The translations under genes were made by a program, and so were the position numbers. The notes under the pieces are model-generated. The model did no database searches. It had not been told where the DNA came from and worked only from the letters and a program-made list of their open reading frames with translations. Positions 25,556 through 32,328 of a stretch of 32,328 nt of DNA are shown here, in pieces; positions within the stretch are counted from its first letter, which is position 1; every line of letters begins with the position of its first letter. This stretch comes from Deltaproteobacteria bacterium (GTDB lineage Bacteria; Bdellovibrionota; JACOXK01), in assembly GCA_016182335.1 (NCBI GenBank), contig JACOXK010000010.1:1-32328 (forward strand), written 5' to 3'.

Positions 25556-27331
25556 TTGATATCTTTTTTTGTTCTGTTTCATCAGGGCTTTGCACTTCCG
25601 CCTGAAGCCCAACCTAATGCTGCCGTTATAGAATCTTTTCTAAAACACCCGGATAATCACAGCGTACGCATGTCTGAAAAAGCCATGAATGACCTCATTC
25701 AATTTTATTTTAATGCAACGAATATTCGACTCCTCTTGTCTTATCTCAAATTACTCAATTCAAGAAATCATCTTTTTACGACCTTTCCAGATTTGGAAAA
25801 ACAACTAGGACCAGTTAAAACCAAAGATATCATCTCCCATCTTGATATTCGAAATGAAGAGTCTTCAAGTGAATCTGCGCATCTATACTTGCCAGAAACT
25901 CGATTTCGCTTTGCAACACAGAAAAGCATATCAAGATTAAAATTAAGATTAGATGCCCAGAACATTTGGGGTTCTCTTGATTTTCCGGAAAATAGTTTTC
26001 GTGTTAGTCTCGTCATTCTTGATGGGGTTCCAGCCATCAGATGCGATGTTAACATTCCTCTTGAATTTCGAGTCAGCGTCCGCGGCACAGCACGGCTGAA
26101 AGCATTCGGCTCCTTCCGACTAGGTTCAGTGAGTGGCAGAGTGAAGGTTCGAGATTTTAGAGGAGCCTTCTACATTCAACTTGCAAAAAATCCCACAAAG
26201 GGACAACTTCAGCTGGTCTTTAAAGAACATGAAAACCCAGATAAAAAATTAGCCTTCAAAGATTTTGGGTGGGAAGGCAACAACCTAGGAAATATTGCCT
26301 GGAAACGCTTTTTCAGAGCCAAAGTAAAGAAAATTTTTGACAATATTGCGTTGGATTTTCAAAGTGGAATTCTTTATGCCTTCAGAGAAATTGTACTAGC
26401 ACAGCCAGCGAATTTTATGCTTACAAATCATGTGAATGGTGTGCGTCTTCTCTATAATATAACGACTTCTACAAAACTCTCACCTCTCGACCCAATCGTG
26501 CTTCATGACGCATACGGTGCTCCAGAATCGAAACAATTATTGTTTAGATATCAAACAGAATATACCTATTCATCAGAGAGCGCTTTACTTCCAGAAAGAT
26601 GTGCTCAGGAGGTGTTACCACCCGCTGAGTTATTCCAATTTTCGACAGAATATTTTCAACCCAATGGAGCGCAGGGCGCTTTTAAAAATCTACTCGAAAG
26701 CAGTGATCAAGTTGACTTTGGTGTCCAATTACCCGCTTCATTGATTGGAAAAATAATTTATTATCAAACCATGCGAGGCGCATTTTGTTTCAATTGGGAC
26801 ACTTACTACTACAATCACACTTTTCACAGACTTCAGGCCTTACCTTTTGGAGCACTCGAAATTAAAACTAACAAATCTCTGCTTGAAAATAAAAATTTTC
26901 AATTTTCGCTCCCTATGCGATATCAGTTTAATTCCCGCGCCACTTGGCAAGACAGCTCTTGTTTTAATAGAGAATGCATCGGTACGCTGGTTGGTACCTA
27001 TGGGGTTAGATTCGGCAATGGCCACATTATTTTAAATTTAAACAATCTTGTGCTTTTCGATTCAAATAATCAAAAAGAATTTGAGTTTGGTATTGATGGC
27101 AGTCCAGTACAATTGGGACAGATTTTACGAGCTTCTATATCGATTTTCTCAAACTTCTATTCTCATCTTTCCGATTATTTTTCGGACCCTTTTCCTGGGT
27201 TGATAGAAACGCAAAAATTAAAATTTACAAAAATGCTTTCTCTTGATCCGGCTATCGATGATGGTGATGACAACTTCAGAACTCCCGAAAACTTCTTCTT
27301 TACTTTTAAACTGCCAGACTCTTTGTTCTAG
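25556..27331 (+). CDS. hypothetical exported protein (591 aa as tracked); the 5' end is unresolved
   Basis: Long ORF with no recognised motif. The tracked TTG start has no SD. The frame is open from 25517 and there encodes a good signal-like segment (ILKLRIQIFLISFFVLFHQGFA). An SD-preceded ATG at 25507 is one nucleotide out of frame (see findings). Confidence 0.8.
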   Translation: MISFFVLFHQGFALPPEAQPNAAVIESFLKHPDNHSVRMSEKAMNDLIQFYFNATNIRLLLSYLKLLNSRNHLFTTFPDLEKQLGPVKTKDIISHLDIRNEESSSESAHLYLPETRFRFATQKSISRLKLRLDAQNIWGSLDFPENSFRVSLVILDGVPAIRCDVNIPLEFRVSVRGTARLKAFGSFRLGSVSGRVKVRDFRGAFYIQLAKNPTKGQLQLVFKEHENPDKKLAFKDFGWEGNNLGNIAWKRFFRAKVKKIFDNIALDFQSGILYAFREIVLAQPANFMLTNHVNGVRLLYNITTSTKLSPLDPIVLHDAYGAPESKQLLFRYQTEYTYSSESALLPERCAQEVLPPAELFQFSTEYFQPNGAQGAFKNLLESSDQVDFGVQLPASLIGKIIYYQTMRGAFCFNWDTYYYNHTFHRLQALPFGALEIKTNKSLLENKNFQFSLPMRYQFNSRATWQDSSCFNRECIGTLVGTYGVRFGNGHIILNLNNLVLFDSNNQKEFEFGIDGSPVQLGQILRASISIFSNFYSHLSDYFSDPFPGLIETQKLKFTKMLSLDPAIDDGDDNFRTPENFFFTFKLPDSLF

Positions 27332-27347
27332 AGACCCTGACAAAACA

Positions 27348-27689
27348 CTAAAATTCTCCTAAAAGCCTCAGCTTGTCTTTAATTTCCCTAAAGAGAATAA
27401 GGGGAAGTTTTTTAAGCTCCTTTTTGAATCGTTTATTGTCAATCGAACGACTTTGATCTATCATGACTTCGCAATCAAAACTATTTCCAGCACATCCTGA
27501 AGCTACAAATACCCTTAAAATATTCTCACCCACTAGCTTTGTTGTGCACGGCAATACCCATGTTGAAGAATGGTAAAATTGATTTAATAAATCAGTTTGA
27601 ATCACTAAAACGGGTCTGGATTTTCCAGCTTCGGGTCCAAATTGAGGGTTTAAATCTGCAAGGTAGAGATACCCGTGCTTAACCTTCAA
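27348..27689 (-). CDS. mazF: type II toxin, MazF/PemK family mRNA interferase
   Basis: 113 aa. GYLYLADLNPQFGPEAGKSRPVLVIQTD is the classic PemK/MazF N-terminal motif. The start overlaps the antitoxin stop (ATGA). Confidence 0.88.
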   Translation of the reverse strand: MKVKHGYLYLADLNPQFGPEAGKSRPVLVIQTDLLNQFYHSSTWVLPCTTKLVGENILRVFVASGCAGNSFDCEVMIDQSRSIDNKRFKKELKKLPLILFREIKDKLRLLGEF

Positions 27690-27943
27690 TCATCTATTCC
27701 TTCATTGGACAGGGGATCCAGATCTTCTTTTTCACTTTCGTAAGTTTGCGACACAGCTTGAGAAGCCTTATGATAAGCCTGGGAGAGGAATTCCTTATCT
27801 TTCTTTTCTTTTAATAAATAAAGACCTCTTCGAATTATCTCCACTTTGCTTTTTGCATGATAGGCCTTTACAAGATCCTGAACCAATTTCAGCTCCTTAG
27901 GAGGGAGTGTAATACTTGATTTCTTAACGGTATTTAATTTCAT
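27686..27943 (-). CDS. ribbon-helix-helix type antitoxin partner of MazF
   Basis: 85 aa from ATG 27943. The beta-strand plus two-helix pattern KSSITLPPKELKLVQDLVKAYHAKSKVEIIRRGLYLL is followed by an acidic C-terminal tail. The tracked start at 27979 is the TTG of the TTGACA -35 box and is rejected. Confidence 0.75.
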   Translation of the reverse strand: MKLNTVKKSSITLPPKELKLVQDLVKAYHAKSKVEIIRRGLYLLKEKKDKEFLSQAYHKASQAVSQTYESEKEDLDPLSNEGIDD

Positions 27944-27949
27944 ACCTTC

Positions 27950-27979
27950 ATAATACCTTAAGATGAGCCGAGATGTCAA
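27950..27979 (-). promoter_or_regulatory. sigma-70 promoter TTGACA-18 nt-TATTAT, ending 6 nt before the antitoxin ATG (leaderless or near-leaderless)
   Basis: The minus strand reads CATAATACTTGACATctcggctcatcttaaggTATTATgaaggtATG. The direct repeat AAGGTAT-tatg-AAGGTAT spans the -10 box and the start codon. Confidence 0.6.
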
Positions 27980-27993
27980 GTATTATGAAGTCC

Positions 27994-28425
27994 TTAGTGT
28001 TTCAACGGATCAATTACTTTGAGTCCCGGTATTTTTACAAAATTCTTGTCATGAGACCAGAGGCGGCTGGCTCCGTTTTCAAAACAGGTCAACCCTATTT
28101 GAAGATCAAAAAGGCGATACCCTACAATTTCAAGATCTGATGCTAGTTGTACTAACCTCTGTGAAAAACCTTGGTGTGGATACCACATTTGAAGTCCCAC
28201 ATCATTTTGAAGATTTTCAATAAATTCTTTGGCCTCATGTTGGGTCGATGGGCGCTCTGCCGAGGGATGAGTGATAACGCTAAAGAATTCAACAAAAGAC
28301 GCTAATGCAACGCCCCATCCTTGCGGATTTGCTGCTGCCTTTTCTATTATTTTTTGAGATTCCCTATGTTCTGAGCAGCTAGAGCGATGGGCATAAACAA
28401 GAATATTTGTATCTATCCCTATCAT
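27994..28425 (-). CDS. vapC: type II toxin VapC (PIN-domain ribonuclease)
   Basis: 143 aa. N-terminal MIGIDTNILVYA (first PIN acidic residue). A later acidic residue lies in WSHDKNF. The start overlaps the antitoxin stop (ATGA). Confidence 0.85.
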   Translation of the reverse strand: MIGIDTNILVYAHRSSCSEHRESQKIIEKAAANPQGWGVALASFVEFFSVITHPSAERPSTQHEAKEFIENLQNDVGLQMWYPHQGFSQRLVQLASDLEIVGYRLFDLQIGLTCFENGASRLWSHDKNFVKIPGLKVIDPLKH

Positions 28426-28685
28426 GTTAATTTTTTGTTTTTAAGCCATGCAACCATGCTTTCGCGATTTTGTAGCTCCAAATCTGGGGAAAGCTTACCC
28501 GAAACCGTCACCCAATGAATTATTTTAGGCTGCTTACGACTCTGCTGTTTTTGAAAAAGTGCTGCTTTAAGATAATTTCTCAGCGCTACCTCGACGACAC
28601 TCCTCAGGGGAATACGCATTTGAGCGGCTCTTTGTTTTGCTCGAATGAAGAGATTGTCCTGTATTTCAAGTGTCGTCTTAGCCAT
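28422..28685 (-). CDS. vapB: VapB-type antitoxin (Arc/RHH-like N-terminus)
   Basis: 87 aa. MAKTTLEIQDNLFIRAKQRAAQMRIPLRSVVEVALRNYL matches the MxTTLxIDDxL...AK...VVxxALR pattern of PIN-associated antitoxins. Confidence 0.75.
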   Translation of the reverse strand: MAKTTLEIQDNLFIRAKQRAAQMRIPLRSVVEVALRNYLKAALFQKQQSRKQPKIIHWVTVSGKLSPDLELQNRESMVAWLKNKKLT

Positions 28686-28691
28686 AAAACC

Positions 28692-28720
28692 ATATTCCCA
28701 TAATTATGGGTATATGTCAA
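28692..28720 (-). promoter_or_regulatory. sigma-70 promoter TTGACA-17 nt-GAATAT with a 14-bp perfect palindrome operator CCCATAATTATGGG, ending 6 nt before the vapB ATG
   Basis: The minus strand reads CATAATACTTGACATatacCCATAATTATGGGAATATggttttATG. The palindrome is at 28697-28710. The 15-nt CATAATACTTGACAT is identical to the mazEF-like promoter. Confidence 0.6.
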
Positions 28721-28746
28721 GTATTATGGAGCCTCTGATGTTCTTT

Positions 28747-30471
28747 CTATCCCGCAAAATTAAAGTCTGGTCTTACAATTCCTTGTGGCGGCATGGGAGG
28801 TATGCCCCTGCCATCAAAAGGTTGTCCTGGCCCAAACGGTGAAAAATACATGTCAGGACGCTGTTGCATGAGATTATTTTGAAATCTCATAAGAGACCTA
28901 TTGGGTTCTGAGAATTGCAGCGACAAACCACCGCCAAATTGATTTTGATCAAAAGAACCACCCAATCTATAAGGTGCCCCATTGTGAGTGTATGGCGCAT
29001 TAAAATCTAACCCAAATTGACTGCCGCCTGAAAGTTGCGGATTAAAACTTTGAAAATCTGGGCCACCAGGTCCAAACATTCCGCCTGGACCACAATCCTG
29101 GCAAATAGTTCCAGGAAAACTCATTGTTGGAAATTGTGGGAACCCACCAAACGGGTCTCGCATATCAGGAGAGCCACCTTGAGAAGCAGTCTGAACCAAC
29201 CACATAGCAGCTTCTGCTCTTGATTTTAATTCCCACGCTTCGCGGGCGATTCTTTCTGCATCTTTCTTTGCACCCACTCCGTGCAGCGCTTCTGCTTCAT
29301 CAAATAATTTTTCAGCACGCACCATAAGAAGTTGGGCTTCATTCCAGTTGGCTTCCATTCGCACAGCTCTTGCATCTTCAATAGCCATGGGAAGCGGCTT
29401 TCCCTCTGCAATGTGGGATGTAACGAGCATCGAATCACGCAATTCTGTGATTTTTTTCAATTCTTCTTCCATCGCACGTTGAAATTCACAAAGTGCTTTG
29501 AGATCGTCACTTCTTTTCTTAAGATTTTTGTTGATGGACTTAATTTTCCCATCTTTAAGCTTTATTTCTTCTTCATGTTTTTCGGAAAGCTCAATGAGGC
29601 TTTGCAAATAACTAATTTTGTCATTATTACTTGCAATTTCTGCATCAATTCTTTGAATATCTTTAACTAGGGTATTTTTTCTTTCTACACTTCCATTATT
29701 TCCCGCAAGATAATCCAGTTCTTGAGTAGCCCTTTCTCTCTCTGTTTCTAAAATTTTTCCCTCTACTTCTAAACGAGATTTTTCAACCGCACTTGATGTG
29801 CCCACAATTTTTTGTTTTTCGTTTGTGAGACTCTCCATTTTATCTATGAGTGTCTGGTCTTTTCTGGACCATTTTAAAAGCTCTTTTTCATCAATCACGT
29901 GTGAGCCCTCTGCATTTATATTGGCTGAACGTAAAGTTGGAGTTACGTGCCCAGATGTTTGCCCTTGTTTCAATTTCTGGCTGCTTAAAGGGCCAAACGA
30001 ACCTGGCAAGAGACTTACATTGGAAACTTCTAAGTCCTCAATTTCGCTTAAATCATGCGCTTGAGTCTTCTTTCTATTTTCACTCTTATCTTCAATAATA
30101 ACCAGCTCTGACCATATCAGACGGCTCATGTGACCTGTATAAGTAGGATCCGACACTCCTGTATGTCTTTTAAGTTGTGTATCAATACTAGTAAGTCCAG
30201 AAATAAGCTTTTCCTGCGTTTCAGATCCAATATCAAGAAAACGCTCATCTGAAGTACTCAGCGGTTCTATTAAAGTATCAAGGCTTTTTTTAAGTTTAAA
30301 ATACTGCCTTTGTTCAAATGAATTTTTGTGATATCTCAAAAAATCTTTCATACTCACGAGTGTTTTTTTCACATCTGAAGTTTCATATCGATGGATAACA
30401 GTTTTTTCTGCATAACCGCTTAACAGCGGCATGCTAAATAGTAACAACAGAGCTAAACTGATATTTTTCAT
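28747..30471 (-). CDS. exported coiled-coil protein with a Gly/Pro/Phe/Gln-rich C-terminal low-complexity tail (hypothetical)
   Basis: 574 aa from ATG 30471 (AAGGAG 8 nt upstream). The tracked ORF extends to 30510. Signal peptide MKNISLALLLLFSMPLLSGYA. The long E/K/L-rich helical middle is followed by a tail: FGGFPQFPTMSFPG...FGPGGPDFQSFNPQ...QFGGGLSLQF...SPFGPGQPFDGRGIPPMPPQG. Confidence 0.85.
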   Translation of the reverse strand: MKNISLALLLLFSMPLLSGYAEKTVIHRYETSDVKKTLVSMKDFLRYHKNSFEQRQYFKLKKSLDTLIEPLSTSDERFLDIGSETQEKLISGLTSIDTQLKRHTGVSDPTYTGHMSRLIWSELVIIEDKSENRKKTQAHDLSEIEDLEVSNVSLLPGSFGPLSSQKLKQGQTSGHVTPTLRSANINAEGSHVIDEKELLKWSRKDQTLIDKMESLTNEKQKIVGTSSAVEKSRLEVEGKILETERERATQELDYLAGNNGSVERKNTLVKDIQRIDAEIASNNDKISYLQSLIELSEKHEEEIKLKDGKIKSINKNLKKRSDDLKALCEFQRAMEEELKKITELRDSMLVTSHIAEGKPLPMAIEDARAVRMEANWNEAQLLMVRAEKLFDEAEALHGVGAKKDAERIAREAWELKSRAEAAMWLVQTASQGGSPDMRDPFGGFPQFPTMSFPGTICQDCGPGGMFGPGGPDFQSFNPQLSGGSQFGLDFNAPYTHNGAPYRLGGSFDQNQFGGGLSLQFSEPNRSLMRFQNNLMQQRPDMYFSPFGPGQPFDGRGIPPMPPQGIVRPDFNFAG

Positions 30472-30534
30472 AATTCCTACTCCTTCTTTCACTTCACTTC
30501 TCATCTTCATATTCTCTCTGCATAGAAAAAAATT

Positions 30535-31941
30535 TTATAAAAAATCTCCTGTTCCTATCAAAAAACTCATTCGATCAAATCCTACTTGTGGCCCACTAAA
30601 TGCTGAAGAACCAGGAAAACCAAATCCATCATTAAAACGTGGTGCTGGCTGTCGTGACAATACGGGCACTTGCGATGCATCTGCAGGCCGCGCATCTCGT
30701 GATGGCGCAGACCCTGCGATGGCATCTCCAAATGTTCTGGCGGGGCGACTTTGAGATGCAGCACCCCTTCCATAACGCCCACCGCCACCACGAATTCTAG
30801 AAATCATTTCATCATAGCGTTGTGTTTGCTCTGCATTGGCCAATTGAGCTTCACGAATCAATCTCAATGCTGAGCCTGACTGGTTGATATCTGCAGAAAT
30901 CTCTCTGAACTCAACTTCAAACCCTTGCATTTTAGACTGAATCCCAGCTTGAGCTGCCATGTATTCTTGCGTCCACGTTGCAATTCTCTCAGTGAGTGCT
31001 TTTTTTCTATCTGTGTCTGCAGTTTTGAATTCGTCATCCAACTTTTGTCTTTCTGCAACGAGTGCTGCCACAGCTGCTTGATCTTGATTCAAAACAAGAC
31101 GAGCTTTTTGTTGAATGGCATGTCCCACTTCAGAAGCTTTTTGTTGAATTTGCATATCAAGGGAGGCTGCTGCTTCCAAAAGATATTGACGCTGCTCAGG
31201 GGTTGACTGTGCTATTTGCGCACTCACCTGGTCACGTTGAGATTTGAAACTGGCTAATTGTTGTTTTAAATTGGCAATGAATTGATCTGCACGATTAGTT
31301 TCCATCACAAGTCCAATGCTTTGAAACATTTTTTCAAAACCAGATTTTAAATCTTCAATTTTATTATCGTAATTATCTTTAAGAGATTTGATTGTTTCAT
31401 TAAGAGCCGCTATCTGCTGTGTAAAACCTTCTTGCATGACAATAACTGCTGCGCAGAGGGCTTTCACGAGGGGGCTTTCTTCTTTTTTCTCTTTAGATTC
31501 TTCGGACTCGCTTTGCTCATCCTCTGAATGACTGGTTACAAGTAAATCTTTATTGTCTTCTTGAATTTTTTTTATTTTCTTATCCAGTACAATTACTAGC
31601 TCATCTTTACTGGTAAAGGCTTCCAAGTCTAATGAGGAAAAGGTGATTTCAGCAAAAACTTTAGCTTTGCCTTCTAATGCAATTTCAACATTTGTTGCTT
31701 TTCCAGAAGCAATTGCCAAAATTTCAGCCTCTGAAAAGGTCTTTGATTCGACAAACTTTCTCACAGCAACGAGCTTTAGTAGCTCTTCTTTTTTCTCTAT
31801 TTTTCGAGCTTGATTATGATTTTTTACGTCCTCCAATCCTGTACCGGCTAGCGCAGCACTTAAAAAAACACTTAAAGCGGCAATAGCCACCACAATTCTT
31901 ATTAAAAATTTCCAATCAGCAACTTGTTTGATTGTTTTCAC
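30535..31941 (-). CDS. membrane-anchored or exported coiled-coil protein with a Gly/Arg/Pro/Phe-rich C-terminal tail (hypothetical)
   Basis: 468 aa. GTG start with GAGGAGG about 8 nt upstream. Hydrophobic N-terminal segment FLIRIVVAIAALSVFLSAALAG. An acidic Ser/Glu patch (SEDEQSESEESKEKKEE) precedes Q/A/E-rich helices. The tail is RGGGGRYGRG...PRFNDGFGFPGSSAFSGPQVGF. Confidence 0.85.
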   Translation of the reverse strand: MKTIKQVADWKFLIRIVVAIAALSVFLSAALAGTGLEDVKNHNQARKIEKKEELLKLVAVRKFVESKTFSEAEILAIASGKATNVEIALEGKAKVFAEITFSSLDLEAFTSKDELVIVLDKKIKKIQEDNKDLLVTSHSEDEQSESEESKEKKEESPLVKALCAAVIVMQEGFTQQIAALNETIKSLKDNYDNKIEDLKSGFEKMFQSIGLVMETNRADQFIANLKQQLASFKSQRDQVSAQIAQSTPEQRQYLLEAAASLDMQIQQKASEVGHAIQQKARLVLNQDQAAVAALVAERQKLDDEFKTADTDRKKALTERIATWTQEYMAAQAGIQSKMQGFEVEFREISADINQSGSALRLIREAQLANAEQTQRYDEMISRIRGGGGRYGRGAASQSRPARTFGDAIAGSAPSRDARPADASQVPVLSRQPAPRFNDGFGFPGSSAFSGPQVGFDRMSFLIGTGDFL

Positions 31942-32006
31942 TTCAGATTCCTCCTCAACATCAGCAACCTTCTCCTCACATAGGGTACTTCCACACTTAT
32001 TATCAA

Positions 32007-32022
32007 AGCAAGGGATGTGCCA
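32007..32022 (-). promoter_or_regulatory. sigma-54 (-24/-12) promoter, exact core consensus TGGCAC-atccc-TTGCT
   Basis: The reverse complement of 32007-32022 reads TGGCACATCCCTTGCT. GG (32021-32020) and GC (32009-32008) are 12 nt apart. It lies about 67 nt upstream of the GTG at 31941. Confidence 0.75.
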
Positions 32023-32245
32023 TGGCCCAAAAATAAATTTTAATATAATGATTTCAGTAAGTTAAGCTACTTACCCAGGGCGAGTGCACGGGATGCCTAA
32101 ACGTTATCTTATTTAGAAAGAGTGCTTAGAAAATAGTCACAGACTTGTTATTTTTTAATAATAACATAGAGTTATATAGTTTTTAAAACTCCTGAGTCGG
32201 TTGACTAATTATTGGACAGAATTTGATGGGGAAGATGAACATAAG

Positions 32246-32328
32246 ATGACAGACTCGTGCTTACATGAGAAAGTCGTACCCATGTTCATTACCTTTGAAG
32301 GCATTGAAGGCTGCGGCAAGTCCTTACA
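32246..32328 (+). CDS. tmk: thymidylate kinase, N-terminal fragment (runs off the window)
   Basis: MFITFEGIEGCGKSL is the Tmk P-loop start (FITFEGIDGAGKS-type). In-frame ATGs are at 32246 and 32282; the latter gives the canonical N-terminus. Confidence 0.8.
   Translation, partial: MTDSCLHEKVVPMFITFEGIEGCGKSL

Noticed and set aside
25420-25605. 61-aa ORF on the plus strand in the divergent intergenic region
   Set aside because: As tracked from 25420 it spans the predicted -24/-12 promoter itself and has no ribosome-binding site. Only its internal ATG at 25507 looks meaningful, and that is treated as a possible true start or leader ORF of the 591-aa gene.
27348-28746. TA cassette as a discrete mobile element or integron-like cassette
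   Set aside because: I found no flanking direct repeats, attC-like imperfect palindromes, integrase or transposase nearby. The only recombinase (xerC) is 9 kb away in a conserved housekeeping context. It is kept as a TA finding only.
30431-30754. 107-aa plus-strand ORF rich in Gly/Ala/Arg
   Set aside because: It is antisense to the G+C-rich tail-coding part of the 468-aa gene. It has no RBS and an artefactual composition. The same applies to 30582-30791 (-), an alternate frame of the same gene.
32024-32245. Possible upstream activator site for the sigma-54 promoter (GTGCAC palindrome near 32086; direct repeat TTAGAAA-N6-TTAGAAA near 32112-32131)
   Set aside because: The motifs are short and are not shared with the regions upstream of the other two -24/-12 promoters. 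This is insufficient to call a binding site.
1-32328. Scan for CRISPR arrays, rRNA genes, IS elements or transposases, phage genes and long tandem repeats
   Set aside because: None were seen. No regularly spaced direct repeats, no rRNA-like conserved stretches, and no ORF with transposase, integrase (other than xerC) or phage structural motifs.

Overview
AT-rich chromosomal segment from a diderm bacterium, shown by lpxC and a predicted outer-membrane barrel ending in Phe. I cannot place the taxon from sequence alone. It holds about 29 protein-coding genes, mostly on the minus strand and tightly packed with many 1-4 nt start/stop overlaps, plus a truncated tRNA-Thr at the left edge. The first ~22 kb is mainly housekeeping: pyrF, an NtrY-like kinase with a sigma-54 (GAFTGA) response regulator, lpxC, an aldehyde dehydrogenase interrupted at a C8/G8 homopolymer, a GNAT-like protein, dprA-smg-topA, pckA, a secreted hypothetical, a cod-like xerC-hslV-hslU block, a putative OM barrel with an N-terminal CxxCH motif, a rhomboid protease, a stand-alone PilZ protein and ilvA. 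The last ~10 kb (22.5-32 kb) looks accessory and is the most interesting part. It encodes three large exported coiled-coil proteins carrying Gly/Pro/Phe/Asn/Gln-rich low-complexity segments and one 591-aa exported protein of unknown fold. Two tandem type II toxin-antitoxin modules (vapBC, then an RHH-antitoxin/mazF pair) are wedged between them. I found three -24/-12 (sigma-54) promoter matches by eye: upstream of the PilZ gene, of the 591-aa gene, and of the two-gene coiled-coil operon. Together with the enhancer-binding protein in the window, this suggests a sigma-54-controlled exported-protein locus. A short repeat core (GTCATTCNGAG) recurs four times, twice apparently in frame inside housekeeping genes (xerC, ilvA). 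No rRNA, CRISPR array, transposase or phage genes were seen. All functional calls rest on motif recognition in the translated ORFs; no database search was possible.
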